This document shows, piece after piece, positions 1 through 12,834 of a stretch of 64,000 bases of DNA (within the stretch, counting starts at the first letter, position 1; each line of letters begins with the position of its first letter). Location of the stretch: positions 115,940,001 through 116,004,000 of the forward strand of contig NC_043002.1 of NCBI RefSeq assembly GCF_006345805.1, given 5' to 3'. The stretch is from Octopus sinensis (Eukaryota). Made by a program: the position numbers and the translations under genes. Under the pieces are notes generated by a model. That model was not told the DNA's origin and did no database searches. It was given only the letters and a program-made list of their open reading frames with translations.

Positions 1-1
1 T

Positions 2-390
2 CTCTCTAAAAATGTAGTCTACAAGTGCTGTGTTATAACACCATGCTCCCACCGAGCAAGGGTCTATATTGGCAGCACTGTTAATTTCAAGCACTTCTAT
101 CGTGCACACATGAACTCTTTCTCCAATCCAAATTCTAAATTATCTACTTCCTTAGCAACTTATATACACAACCTCAAATCTCAAAATGTTCTCTATACCC
201 TATCCTGGTCCATTGTAAATGAGGCTCCCCTATACAATGCAAACATTGATATGTGTAAATTATGTTTCAAGAGAATTGCTAACTATCCTTTCAGCACAAC
301 TCTTCATTACTTAATAGATTCTCAGATGTAATACTATCTTGTAAACACAAGTTCTACTCAACATTTGCACATTTTATTTTATCTAAGTAA
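2..390 (+). mobile_element. Penelope-like retroelement remnant, GIY-YIG endonuclease C-terminus
   Basis: Frame 2 reads KNVVYKC...RVYIGST.NFKHFYRAHMNSF...STSLATYIHNLK...LSWSIV...Y....MCKLC, the PLE GIY-YIG layout. Degenerate afterwards. Confidence 0.8.
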
Positions 391-1280
391 TCCCGTATCA
401 ATAAATATCCTTAATTGAAATTAACCTTGAGGTACAACTAGGCCAGCTTAGCAACTTGCCACCTCAACTAATACTACCCTTCTTATTAAACTATTCTCTC
501 TCATCGTTACCTTTGTAATTGATCTAACCCACTATATCCCACCTCCCTCATAGCCTCTCCACCCTCACAAGTGGTTTTCTCTCATTTCTCCTCCTCAACC
601 AAAGGCATTTAATACTACCCCACTCATTTAGATACTAATCTGTCAACCCATCTCTCTTTCTATTCATTTCTCTGTATTCAATTTCATACACCTCTGCATA
701 CCACAGTACTCCCCCTCCAATACCAACCCACATTCATTATCCCACTGACCACTGCTATCTTGACCACCAACTCCCTCACTCTGTCCACCCCTCTATCTTT
801 TTACATACCTTAGTAGTCTCCCTCTGCCACTGAACTAGATACTTTTCTTTCCTCAAATATTTGCTGTTTTTCTCATTAACTCAGCCAATAAGTCTGTAGC
901 TTTTATCCCTAAACTTTAACAAACCCAACACAATGTGTGTGTATATGTCAAAGATGGCAGATGTGTGTTTGTGTTGACTGCTATGACATTCATTATATGT
1001 GTGTGTGTGTGTATTCTGTATGTGTGTGTGTATTCTGTATGTGTGTGTGTTGACGTCACGAGTAAAGAAAAAATTGTGTTTACTCGTTTTCATTAATAGA
1101 GGTCTAAGTGTCACAAAAGTTTGTACTGCACTGCCAAAGGTAGGCATGAAATAAATATGCAAATAAATTAAGATAAATATACTACTTCTGAGATATTTCA
1201 GGTATATACAAACATCCCTACAGTTTTAGTATTATTAAGATATAGATACACACACACATGCACATATATACAATGTATAT

Positions 1281-2005
1281 ACTAGCCTTTGGACCCAGCG
1301 TTGCTTTTCCAGTTGAAGTTAAGCCCACCTCTGACCTTGTACTGAAATCTTCTACATTCCCTGTGCCAACCCATTAAGATGTTATATCTGGTTCGGCTGG
1401 GATTTTATCCGGTTAACACTTTTGACATACTCCTACACAATGGACTGTCTGAAATTGCAAGTCAAACTTTTAGGCTTACCTCGACCTGTTTAGAGTGATG
1501 TTTGTTTATTTCCCATTAATGCCACCCTCTGTACAATATTGATTAGCGTGTCCAATCTCAGCAAAATCTGAAAAAAAGTGTTAAGGTTATGTCATAAAAT
1601 AGAATCTACGTGAAAATGTAAAAGTTATGGCCAAAAATAAAATCCCATTGGGTATTTGCATGCAGAAAGCCAATTGATTTCATAAAACCACTGCTCAGGT
1701 GCAATTATCAATCTTTTGTCAATGCCATATACTGACATCAACTCACTGCCATGAGCCTTGCTCACTCATCGGTTTCCATCAAAATCGAACAAAAAATGCA
1801 AAAGCTGCAGGAAAAATAACATTGTTGTGGGAATTTCCATTCAAATTCCCGATTGAGCTCACAAAACTGAGCATTATCGAGTTTTCAAAAAATTCCGGCT
1901 TTATTTGAATGTCAGGGCATGTGATCTACCCATGTGCCAAAAATGATTGAAATCGGTTGGACGGCATGGGAGGAGTTAGAGTGACCCCCCCCACACACAC
2001 AGACA
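1281..2005 (+). mobile_element. Probable non-autonomous Helentron-type (HINE/DINE-like) element
   Basis: Starts tatACTAGcctttggacccagcgttgct and ends ccaaaaatgattgaaatcggttggacgg...ggaggagttag...cacacacagacactcatttatgtata. These resemble DINE/HINE ends. No coding remnant. Confidence 0.45.
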
Positions 2006-2009
2006 CTCA

Positions 2010-2043
2010 TTTATGTATATAAATATATGTATATGTATGTGTG

Positions 2044-2094
<51 letters not shown>

Positions 2095-2270
2095 GTGTGT
2101 GTGTGTATGTGTGTATATATATATATGTGTGTGTGTATGTGTGTATATATATATGTGTGTGTGTATGTGTGTATATATATGTGTGTGTGTGTATATATAT
2201 ATGTGTGTGTGTGTATGTGTGTGTGTATATATATATATATGTGTGTGTGTGTGTATACACACACATGTAT
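2010..2270. repeat. Compound (TA)n/(TG)n microsatellite
   Basis: Directly visible. Confidence 0.95.
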
Positions 2271-2924
2271 ATCTATAATGTAAATCCTGTTCTGTGTGTA
2301 TGTAAAAGATTATAATGGCCATATTTTTCAACTGATTTTCTCCAAACTGGGAACATACATTACTTATGTTCCAGAGATGATTTTAGACTCTTAAAATTTT
2401 CCACATAATGAGTAACAGGCTCCTGGGGGCAAAAATTCCCGTTCCTGGGTTACGTGGAGAAGGGGAGTAACTCTTTGTGAAGTAACTTTTAGAAATTGAT
2501 TGTCTTCCTTACATGTATTGGTCATAAAGAAAATATTGCTTTTTATATTAGATTTACATCTTTGAAAGTTAAAAAAAATATGTACTTCTGGTTTTCTAGT
2601 GTCAGTGACGTCTATATCTCTCTATCCATCTCTCTCTATCTCCCTATATCTGTCTATCTATCTATCTGTCTGTCTATATCTTATCTTTGTATATATCTGT
2701 CTCTCAATATATATCTATCATATTTATCTAACTAGCTAGCTCTCTCTTTCTCTCTATCTCACTCTCTCTCTATTGTTTCACTTTCATTTTTCAGATACTA
2801 GTGTTTCCACTTTAAGTTCAATCGCTATTGTTTTCAATTTAAGTTTTCAATCATTAGTTACGAACAACAACGACAAATTACTGACAGAAAGAAGTTCACA
2901 ATTACTGACGAAAGTAATTTCATA

Positions 2925-3180
2925 CATAATTTACAGACAGAAGTAACTTCATAAATTTCACTTCAATTCGTACACTTCGTTAAATTTGCCTACAAATTAC
3001 TTATTTACTTTTGTAATGTTTTGTGTTTTTTGTTGTTAACAGAATTGGTGATAAAAGTAAGTTCATAATTTACTGACAGAAGTAACTTCAAAAATTTCAC
3101 TTAAATCCGTACTCTTAGTTAATTTCTTTCAAAATTTCTTATCTACTTTTTCAACAGTTTTGGGTTTTTCTGTTGTTAAT
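2925..3180 (+). repeat. ~139-bp diverged tandem duplication
   Basis: cataatttac(a/t)gacagaagtaacttca...aatttcactt at 2925 and 3064. Confidence 0.75.
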
Positions 3181-3329
3181 GGCTTTTTTTCATTTTATCG
3201 TAATTTCATTTTATCTCTATAAAACTAATATTTAAAAATCCTTTTCATTTGTTTATTTTCCTGTAATTTAAGCTAACGACTGAGTTAGAAATATAATCAT
3301 AATTAGTTTAGAATTATATATTTCTTTCA

Positions 3330-3985
3330 TTTCCTCACTCTCTTCTACCTCCTCTCTCCTCCCTTACATATATTCCCCCACTTTCAGCTCCTTTCTCCCT
3401 TCCTTTATTTCTCTTTACGCTTACTCTTCACCTCTCTCTTGCATATCTTACTCTTTTTCTCATCTCTCTCCCTCCCTTTCACATCCTCCTCTTCTCTCAT
3501 TTCTCTTTCCTTTCCATCTCATATCTACCTCTCCTCTCATCACCTCACCTCTCTCATATACTTCTCATTCGCCCATTCTTCTCACTCCGTCTCTCCCTCT
3601 CTCTCACATCCTTCATTCTGTCTCTCCTTCACTCTGTCTCTCTTTCTCTTGCTATCCTCTCCCTCCCTCCCTCTTTCTCTTTCTCTTCCCCTCCTCTCCT
3701 TCACTCTGCCTCTCTTTCTCTTCCCATCTTCTCCTTCACTCTGCCTCTCTTTCTCTTCCCCTCTTCTCCTTCACTCTGTCTCTCCTCCTCTCTCCTTCCC
3801 TACCTTCCTCTATCTCTTTAACACACCACATTCCCTTGCTTTCCTCCTATCACCCTCTCGATTTCTTTCATAGCACCTCTCTCTTTCCTTCATATCTTCC
3901 TCTCTCTTTCTCTATTTCCCCCCTCTGTGTTTCTCCGTCTCTACCTATCTATATCTCTCATTACCTCTCTAGCCTCTACTCCCCC
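3330..3985 (+). repeat. ~650-bp polypyrimidine (CT-rich) tract
   Basis: Almost purine-free + strand. Confidence 0.9.
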
Positions 3986-4004
3986 TCTGGACTTCAAAAC
4001 GAAG

Positions 4005-5280
4005 ATGGCACCAAAGTGGGAAAAGAAAGAGTTAAATCTTCTGCTAAGAGCATGGACGATTGCTAGTGGTGATCCACCGAACAACATCATCAATGCCGCG
4101 CTAAAGAACAAAGGATTTCATAGAACCATTGACCAAATAGAACAAAAAAAGGTGAATTTATCCGGTCTTAAATGCTTATAAGACCACACATCAAAACATT
4201 GGATAACATAATTGAAAATTATTGTGGCAAGGCTGATGAGGATGAAGAGGACGAAAAAGAGAAAGAACCCGGAAGTCTCTGTGATCCAGGGGTTCCTCAG
4301 GAAAATGGATCACCTACCCCCGTGAACAACCAGATAGTGAAGGGGAGCCAAGGGAGCAGAAACCGGAAGCCCCCCTGTACCAGTGGTCCTAAAAAGAAAT
4401 GAGAAATTAGAAAAACAGAAGAAAAAAGGAGGGACTGAAAACAAAAATAAGGAGGGAAGGGGAGGATAAGCAAAACAACCAAAGCTGAAACCCCAACCCC
4501 CGACACAAACAGCAGAGAACCCCATGGAGGATCCAATGCCACCCAGTACACTTCAGGAAAGAAGAAATCTGGAAGGCACCGAAGAACCTGTAAATTCTAC
4601 CTGCGGGGCAAATGTTGGCATGGGGAGGACGGCAAAAACTGCCGGTTCACCCACCCGACACCCCGCCAGAACTTCAGGGGACTCAAAGAGAAGAGCTTTA
4701 CTGAGGGAACACAAGAAGTGTCTCCTAGGAAAACATTCAGAAAAGAAGTGTGCTCCTCAGATGTTCTGCGCAACGCAGCAGCTGAGCAAGAGTCTTTTTT
4801 ATGCATGGTGCAAAGGATTGTCCAGCAGCTAACCTGGCTACACAAAGCACAGAGAAGGAACCCTGCCCACCACTATGCAAGACCACCACAGTCAACAGAC
4901 ACGGGATGGCCTCCCCTAACTCCTGCACAGCTGTCACCCCAATACCTTTACTAAATATTGGGGGCCTGTTGCATCAGAATAGAAACAAAATTTCTTTCCT
5001 GAGAGATCTTACTGCATGCAATCAAGCCCTATGCATAGCACTTGTGGAAACTCACCTCAGCCCTGATATAGAGGACGCAGAAGTACACATACCAAACTAT
5101 GCCATACTGCGAACAGACAGAAGGGAAAGGAGCCATGGTGGAGTTGCTGTATACATCCGAGATGACCTCACCCCAGGTCTTAATGACATACTCAAATTCG
5201 GTATGTGACACTTTAATTGTATACATAAGACAATATAATATAGTCATATGCAATGCATATTGCCCACCGGATGCTCCAAA
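4005..5280 (+). mobile_element. 5' part of a CR1-clade LINE: frameshifted ORF1 and start of ORF2 AP-endonuclease
   Basis: LLNIGGL...IALVETHLSPDIEDAEVHIPNYAILRTDRRERSHGGVAVYIRDD...IVICNAYCPPD is an APE N-terminus. Upstream ORF begins MAPKWEKKEL. Confidence 0.8.
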
Positions 5281-5309
5281 TCACCGGATGCTCCAAAGTT
5301 TGAAGATTG

Positions 5310-6908
5310 TGGCAGAAGTTGGTCTCAGAGCATTTTCAGAGTTTATTGCTCCCGAGCATGTGCCACATACAAAAACTATCTTCCCAGTTAGCCTTCCTTT
5401 GATATTACTGCACCTCTTATGTGTCCATAGCTTACACTGGGTACATCTTATAGAGTTTCTACCCATGCCTTTTCTACAGATTGAGCAGGGCCATCTACCT
5501 GAAGGGATTTGTGGTTTGCCTGCTTTCCTACTTATTAGGACTTTGGTTTTAGCTAGTTTGACTCTAAGGCCCTTCGATTCTAATCCTTGCTTCCACACCT
5601 GAAACTACTCCTCTAGTTCTGATAGGGACTCAGTTATTAGAGCAAGGTCATCAGCATAGAGGAGCTCCCAGGGGTATCCTGTCTTGAATTCCTCTGTTAT
5701 TGCCTGGAGGTCTATCATAAATAGGAGGGGGCTGAGGACTGAACTTGGTGGACCCCTACCTCTACTCGGAATTCTTCAGTGTACACATTGCCAAACCTCA
5801 CCTTACTGACAGCGTCCCTGCACATGGCTTGCATAGCTCTCACTAACCATTCATCTATCCCTAGTTTCCTCATTGGCCACCAGATAAGGGATCGGGGGAC
5901 CCTGTCAAAGGCTTTCTCCATATCAACGAAAGCCAGGTACAAAGGTTTATCTTTGGCTAGGTATTTCTCCTGCAGCTGTCTTACCAGGAATATAGCATCA
6001 GTGGTGCTTTTCCCTGGCACGAAACCAAACTGCATCTCATCCGAACTAACTCTCTCCCTAATTAGTTGGGATATGACCCTCTCCGTAACCTTCATTACCT
6101 GATCCAACAGCTTGATACCTCTGTAATTTTTTGTATCTAAAGCATCACCTTTACCTTTGTAGCAGTTGACTATTATGCTGCTACACCAGTCATTGGGTAT
6201 GACTCCTTCGTGTATCACCTGGTTAACTATATGGGTGACTAGGCTATAGCCGACACTGCCAGATATTTTGAGCATCTCTGCAGTAATTCCTGATGGGCCA
6301 GGGGCTTTCCCTGCCTTCATACTCTTAATTGCTTTGTCTACCAAGGTACTGTCAACTCGGGTAGCTGGTCCCTCTGTTGGGTCGACAATCGGCAGACTCT
6401 CTTTCTCCCATTCATTTTCTTTATTCAGCAACCTTTCATAGTGGCGTCATCAAACCTCTCTCTTTGCAGCCTCATTTAGTGCAAGTGAGCCATCATCCAT
6501 GCAAACACATTTCTCTCCTACCACATCATGATTCTCATTCACACACTGTCTTGCAACACGAAATACCTCAAGTCTTTGGTCCTCACGGCACAGAACATTG
6601 GCAAATTTTTTCTTATCTGCTTCACCTCTGGCTAAATAAACCTGTCTCCTAGCTTCCCTTCTGGCAGTCTGATACAATTCCCAGCTACCACTGTTCTTCC
6701 AGTTCGTCCTAGAACTGTCTCTTTTCTCTAATAGCCCTGTCAACAACATTGTTCCACCACCACGTTATTTTGGGTTGAGAGGGGACTTTGCACCATCCAC
6801 AGATCTGGTCAGTGGCCCTTAGCAGGTTGTCTCGTAGAGACCTCCAGTTGTCTTCTATATCGTGTAAAGCTATATCCCCTTCTATTTCGTCAAAGGCTTT
6901 GGTGCATG
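5310..6908 (-). mobile_element. RTE-clade LINE fragment (RT region), frameshifted
   Basis: KAPGPSGI...NYRGIKLL...QFGFVPGKSTTDAIF...LAFVDMEKAFDRVPR...GVHQ, ELLYADDL. Same family as 34945-36546. Confidence 0.92.
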
Positions 6909-6930
6909 TATATATATATATATATATATA

Positions 6931-8193
6931 CGAGGGGCGTTCAATAAGTAATGCCCCTGACCCACTTCCCATAGCAGTAGAGCAACGAAATTTAGCACAG
7001 TTATTAGTCTTTTTCTACATAGGAACCACCCAGAGTTACGCATTTCTTCCATCGTTTGATGCGGCTCTGGAGACCGTTTTTGTAGAAGACTCCAGCTTGG
7101 TCCTCCAACCTGAACGTGACTTCAGAAATCAAGGCTGCATCATCTGGGAAACGTTTTCCTTTCAAAAACAACTTCATGGCTGGGAAGAGGTGAAAATCAG
7201 AGGGTGCAAGGTCAGGAGAGCAGGGGGGATGGGGGAGGAGTTCATAGCCACATGCCTGTGCTTCTGATCTGGCGATACGCGAGTTGTGGACCGGAGCGTT
7301 GTCCTGCAGGAGGAGGATGCCTTTTCTGATCTTGCCCCGCCTCTTGATTTTGATAGCTTCTCTTAATTTCCTCAAATAGGCTCCTGTAATTGTGGTACCC
7401 TTTGCCAGGAAATCTGTCATCACTACTCCGTCCTGGTCCCAGAAGACTGTGAGCATGACCTTGCCAGCGGAGAGCTACACCCTTGTCTTCCTTGGAGGAG
7501 GTGAGTCACGGTGCTTCCACTGCATTGACTGGATCATAGTGATGGACCCAGGTTTCATCCTGTGTAATCAGTCTTTTGAAAAATTTTGACTCATCTTCTT
7601 GGCACATCTCCAAATTCATCCTCGAGCACTTGACGCGTTCTTGCTTCTGGAAAGGTGTGAGCAACCTGGAAATCCATCTGGCAGACACCTTTTGCATATG
7701 CAAATGGTCATGAAGGATAGTTTCCACAGACCCGGTACTAATCTTGACCTCATGGGCTATTTGGCGAATTGTTATGCGTCGATCTTCCAAAATGGCAGCT
7801 TCAACTTGACGGACAGATGCCTCATCAATGGCAGAAGGGGGGGGGGTGACCAGATCTGGGAGCTGTTTCCACAGAGTTCCGACCATGTTTGAATTCACGA
7901 TGCCAGCGTTTTACGAGGTCATATGATGGGGCATCATCACCATAAGTTACTTTCATTTCATCAAAAGTCTCCCGTGGTGTGCATCCTTTCAAATACAAAA
8001 ACCGGATCACTGCTCGACACTCAACAGGCTCCATTTCCACTTGACTCAGTTCAAACACCTGTAAATCAGAAACCACAATCAGTTCAGAGTTGTAATTTGC
8101 CACTTAATCGATGGAGATATAAATAATTGCACATGCAAAATTTCAGCTAGATCAAACAACTGCAAGTGGGTCATTACTTATTGAACGTCCCTC

Positions 8194-8194
<1 letters not shown>
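6931..8194 (-). mobile_element. mariner DNA transposon, full length, decayed transposase (ATG 8034 to stop 7004)
   Basis: 26-bp TIRs cgaggggcgttcaataagtaatgccc (24/26 match), flanked by (TA)n. Motifs WISRLLT, TQDETWVHHYDP, QDNAPVH, SPDLAPSDFHLF. Frameshifts and an in-frame stop are present. Confidence 0.95.
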
Positions 8195-8242
<48 letters not shown>

Positions 8243-8246
<4 letters not shown>

Positions 8247-8792
8247 GGCTTAAACAACAGATTTTATGATCAGAAAATGACAGAGTCCCATTTTTGGTTC
8301 ACTCAGCCAATTCTGGTGGATTTATTTGAAATACCAGTGCAGTACCTAAGCCTGTGAAAACTCTTTTCAAAATGAAAGGAACCTTGATGTGACACTTTGA
8401 GGAGAGTAAAAAGAAATACCCAGACTTGATTACTTTAGCAAAGGAAGTATTGATGCATTTTTCAATTGTCTTATTTAGTTGAATGTAGATTTAGCGTTGT
8501 TATTTACTTGCTTCAAACTAAGAGAAATCAACTGGATATCATAAGATGTGGTGATTTTAGGTTAGAACTGAGAAAATTGTGTCAATTGAATCAAACAAAT
8601 CTGAAGGTAGCTTGAAAGGCAAGGTTCACTCATTGTAGTAAATAACAAGTAAATAAAACATGCAATAGTATTTTAATTAATATTTCTTTTGATGATGTAT
8701 ATGTCTTATACTAACTTTGTCCAATCATGATTGGGCGTACAATTCTTGGAAAATTGAAGAGGGGTAGGAGAGAAAAAAGTTAAGAAAAACTG
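8243..8792 (+). mobile_element. hAT (Buster/Charlie-like) 3' fragment
   Basis: KYPDLITLAKEVLMHF / SYLVECRFS...KRNQLDI...GDFRL resembles the Buster C-terminus. Ends aaaagttaagaaaaactg followed by ctcTAgct. Confidence 0.7.
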
Positions 8793-9411
8793 CTCTAGCT
8801 ATTATATAGAATATAATTTTCTACATGAATCCACCTTTTAAAGCAAGCAGGAGTTTGGTTTGCCCTAGCTAATTAAATTCACAGAGAAGTAGTAGCCAAT
8901 AGAGTAATATATGTTGACTCACAAATTCAAAACCTAACGATCTATACTTTTGCCACATATTCTGCTTATCAGGTTTGAAAGAAGACAGAACATTGTTGAA
9001 TGATTCCAATTCAGAACATTAAACAGCTAAACCATTAAATAGTCTGGATTTATTCTCTTCACCATCACATTTAGTCTAATAAGACTGGTCAAACAGTATT
9101 AATCACTAGCCTTCTAGTTATGGTTACCAAAGATATTGTCTTGTTTCAGGCTTTTGTTATAGGATTTAAGACTCAAGGGATTTACTTCAAAGCTAGCAGT
9201 TGTATTAACTATTAGAGAGACTTGTTAGATCTCATATTGGCTGAGAAATGAGAAAGTTGTACATGATTAGCTATAAGAAGGGTGTAATTTGTTTATTATG
9301 TTACAAATCAGATAAGAATAGTAATATGGGAAATTTAAGATTTATTAACATTTTCTTCTGATTCTCAACATTAGAAAATTGACTATAGTTAATTATTTAT
9401 ATAGTAATATT

Positions 9412-9615
9412 GGTTTCGAATTTTGACACGAGGCCAGCAATTTCAGGGGAGGGAGTAAGCCTAGTACTCAACTAGTACTTATTTTATCAACCCAAAAGGA
9501 TGAAAGGCAAAGTCAACCTTGGCAGAATTTGAACTCTGAATGTAAAAACTGATGACATGCCACTTTGCATTTTGTCTGGCATGCTAATGAGTCTGCCAAC
9601 TCACCGCCTTTGTTA
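9412..9615 (-). mobile_element. tRNA-derived SINE with 13-bp TSD
   Basis: TSD atatagtaatatt at 9399-9411 and 9616-9628. Same head/core as 20717-20940 and 50775-50970. Confidence 0.85.
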
Positions 9616-9704
9616 ATATAGTAATATTAACGATACAGTAATATAGCAATAAGTTACTTTGAGAATCCTGTTGGGATCCTTTTTAGACATATCTCTCCTT
9701 GTTG

Positions 9705-9840
9705 AATTGTCAAGCAAGAGGTGGGGGACAAACACACACACACGACAGGCTTCTTTCAGTTTCCGTCTACCAAATCTGTTCACAAGGCTTTGGTCTGACT
9801 GAGGCTATAGCAGAAGACATTTGACTAAAGTGTCACACAG
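9705..9840 (-). mobile_element. SINE fragment (octopus OK-like family core)
   Basis: cttctttcagtttccgtctaccaaatc...cacaaggctttggtc core shared with other copies. Confidence 0.75.
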
Positions 9841-9954
9841 TTGTTGAAAGTTAATTGTATTATTTTAAGCAAAACAAATTAAAAAATTATTTTGAATATT
9901 CTAAAATCTTGCTAGATATTAAATTGAAGTAGAGAACTACTGTATGAGACTTTC

Positions 9955-10252
9955 AGCAAATGTCTTCTGACCAAAGCCTTGTGAGTAGATTTGGTAGACG
10001 GAAACTGAAAGAAGCCTGTTGTACAAATGTGTGTGTGTGTGTCTTTGTCTCTGTGTTTGTCCTCCGCCACTTGCTTGACAACTGGTGTTGGTGTGTTTAC
10101 ATCCCTGAAACTTAGTGATCCAGCAAAAGAGACCAATAGAATAAATACCAAATATATAAAATACTGGTGTCGATTCATTTGACTAAAAATTCTTCAAGGC
10201 AGTGCCCCAGCATGGCCACAGTCTAATGATTGAAACAAGTAAATAATAAAAG
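9955..10252 (+). mobile_element. SINE (OK-like core) with CR1-type 3' tail
   Basis: gaccaaagccttgtgagtagatttggtagacggaaactg...gtgccccagcatggccacagtctaatgattgaaac. Confidence 0.8.
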
Positions 10253-10543
10253 ATGTTCTAGCTAAACATAAAGTAATCACAAAATTTCGGTGCAATTTCG
10301 TTTGTTTGGTTTTACAGAGTTCCAGCATTTCTCTTCAAATTAAAAACGTCCTTTATTTACAAATGTAGCGAAAAGTATCAATCTATTAAAAAGATGCAAT
10401 TAGAGTGTTTGAGTATTTAATTCAAAGGTCTTCATTTATTCCGGTTCGTCTTTCAGGCATTTGTTTCAGTAAACAGTTGCAAAATACAGTCTCCAAAAGT
10501 TGTTCCCCTTACATCATCATATTTTTTCTTTCAGTCGCCTAAT

Positions 10544-10578
<35 letters not shown>

Positions 10579-11304
10579 AATTTCACAAATGGAGGTCTAA
10601 AAATATACTAAGAGATTGAAATAAGTTCTGGGGGCAGATTTGATCACATAAAACCTTGAAGATAGTGTCCCGGGATATCCGTAGCTAGTGATATTTATGT
10701 ATATTCACTTGTGGCAAATTTCTGTGCTTACCACTGACCAAAGCCTTGTAACTGAAATTAAGAGATGGAAACTGAAGGAAGCTTGTCATATACATAAGTA
10801 CTTGTATTTGTGAGTGTGTGTGTGTGTGCATGTTTCTGTGTCTGTGTGTTTGTTTGCGTTTGTTCTTTATGAAAGTTGTTCACTACAAGCTGTGTTCTTG
10901 TCACTTCATGACATTCAAGACACATGACACATGAAATAAAGGATACTTTACTTGAAAAACAGGAAGAACATCCTGCTGTAAATCAGTGCCTCCACAATAT
11001 ACTCATCTAACTCATGCTAGCATGGAAAAATGAATGTATGAATGAATGTATGAATGAAAGTATGGATATATATATATATATAAAAACATACATATACATA
11101 CATAGATATGTTCCATGTATGTTTTTGTGTGTGTATGTGATTGTGCATGCATGTATGTGTGTATGTATTCATGAATGTACATGCATATATGTATGTGTCT
11201 GTGTTTACATATACATATATTTAAAAACATGTATATGTATATATATTTTTTTATGTGTGTGTGGATATGTATATGTGTATATATATGTATATATGCATGT
11301 GCAC

Positions 11305-11525
11305 CATCCGATCGTGGCCGTTTGCCAGCCTCGTCTGGTACCTGTGCCGGTGGCACATAAAAAGCACCCACTACACTCACGGAGTGGTTGGCGTTAGGAA
11401 GGGCATCCAGCCGTAGAAACACTGCCAGATCAGACTGAGCCTGGTGCAGCCTTCTGGCTTCACAGACCCCAGTTGAACCGTCCAACCCATGCCAGCATGG
11501 AAAGCGGACGCTAAACGATGATGAT
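11305..11525 (+). mobile_element. RTE 3'UTR tail fragment ending (GAT)n
   Basis: ccaacccatgccagcatggaaagcggacgctaaacgatgatgatg. The same tail is joined to RTE ORF2 at 12929 and 14974. Confidence 0.8.
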
Positions 11526-11625
11526 GATACATGTATATATGTTTATAGACATGTATATGTATATATGTGTATACACACACACATATATATGTGTGTGTGT
11601 ATGTGTATATATATATGTATATATA

Positions 11626-12820
11626 CAGGGTGCATAAGGTATTTGAGGATATTGCTGCATTTTTTGCTAACTCTGTATAATATTTGTTTCAGAAAATAAT
11701 AATGGCAGACCCTCAGCTTACTCAAGAAACGGAGAGGCATGCTGTTATTGTGGTTATAAAGGCTGAGCACAGCGATTTAGAAATATCTCGATTTTTAAAA
11801 GTTACCAGATCTTTCGTCAACAAAGTTTGTAAGGAGCTAGAAACTGAAGATGGAAACGTATCACCAGTATCAAAGCATAAAAAGCATTCTAAATGCTCTG
11901 AAATCATCAGAACACCTGAATTTATCCAGCAAGTTCAACAGACATTTATTACAATCCCAGAAAGTCCATGAGGTCAATTGCAAAAGATCTCCATGTGTCA
12001 GAAGAAACAGACAGAAATGTTGTCCACGAAGATATCAGATATAGGTCTTACATGATGAAGAAAAGTCAGTTTGTCAGAAAAAGCAAAAGAAAATCACTAC
12101 ATCAGATCTAAAAGGCTCTTAAACAAACTGAAAAATCAGCAGAAGATTTGATTTGGTTTTTCTCAAACAACAAAAAGTTTGACCAAAATCAAAAAGTTAA
12201 CAGAAGAAATGATTATGTGCAGACCCTTCTGAAGTTCCAAGTGTTATGCATACAAAATTTCCTGCAACTCATGGTTTTAGGGGTTGTCAACAATGAAGGA
12301 TGTGATAGCCACTTCTTTTCACAAGACTTTAGAGTTAACTCTGCCACCTACATTGAGGTCCTGGAAATAATTGTTAAGCTCTGGATAATCAGTGTATGCA
12401 ATGGAAGGCCTTCACATGGCTCTAGTAACACAGGAATGGATGGCTGAAAATTTTCATGATCACATAACCCCTAACATTTGGCCTACTGATTCCCCAGATC
12501 TCAATTCATTGGACTGTTATATGTGGAGCGTTGTTGAGAGGTCAATGAACACGCCCATAACACCAAAGATTCTTAGAAAGCTGCCACAGTCAGAGTAATG
12601 TCCAAAATGAACCAGGAGTACTTAATTGGAGTGTGTAGATGATTTAGATCTGTTATAGAAGCAGTTGTTGAAGCTGAAGGTGGTTTTATTCAATAATATT
12701 ATAGAAAAGAAGGTTTATTTTTATCTTCATAGCATTTTTTGATGAATAAAGTTATTATCTATTGTTATATATCTGTTTTATATAAACATAAATCTGTCCT
12801 CAAATATCTTACGCACCCAG
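11626..12820 (+). mobile_element. Tc1/mariner element, maT (DD37D)-like, decayed
   Basis: Imperfect TIRs cagggtgcataaggtatttgagga / tcctcaaatatcttacgcacccag in a TA context. WFFSNNKKFDQNQKVNRRND, MVLGVV, WPTDSPDLNSLDCYMW. Multiple frameshifts. Confidence 0.85.
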
Positions 12821-12834
12821 TATATGTAAATATG

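Noticed and set aside
9912-10178. 88-aa minus ORF with a signal-peptide-like N-terminus
   Set aside because: Antisense reading of a SINE copy.
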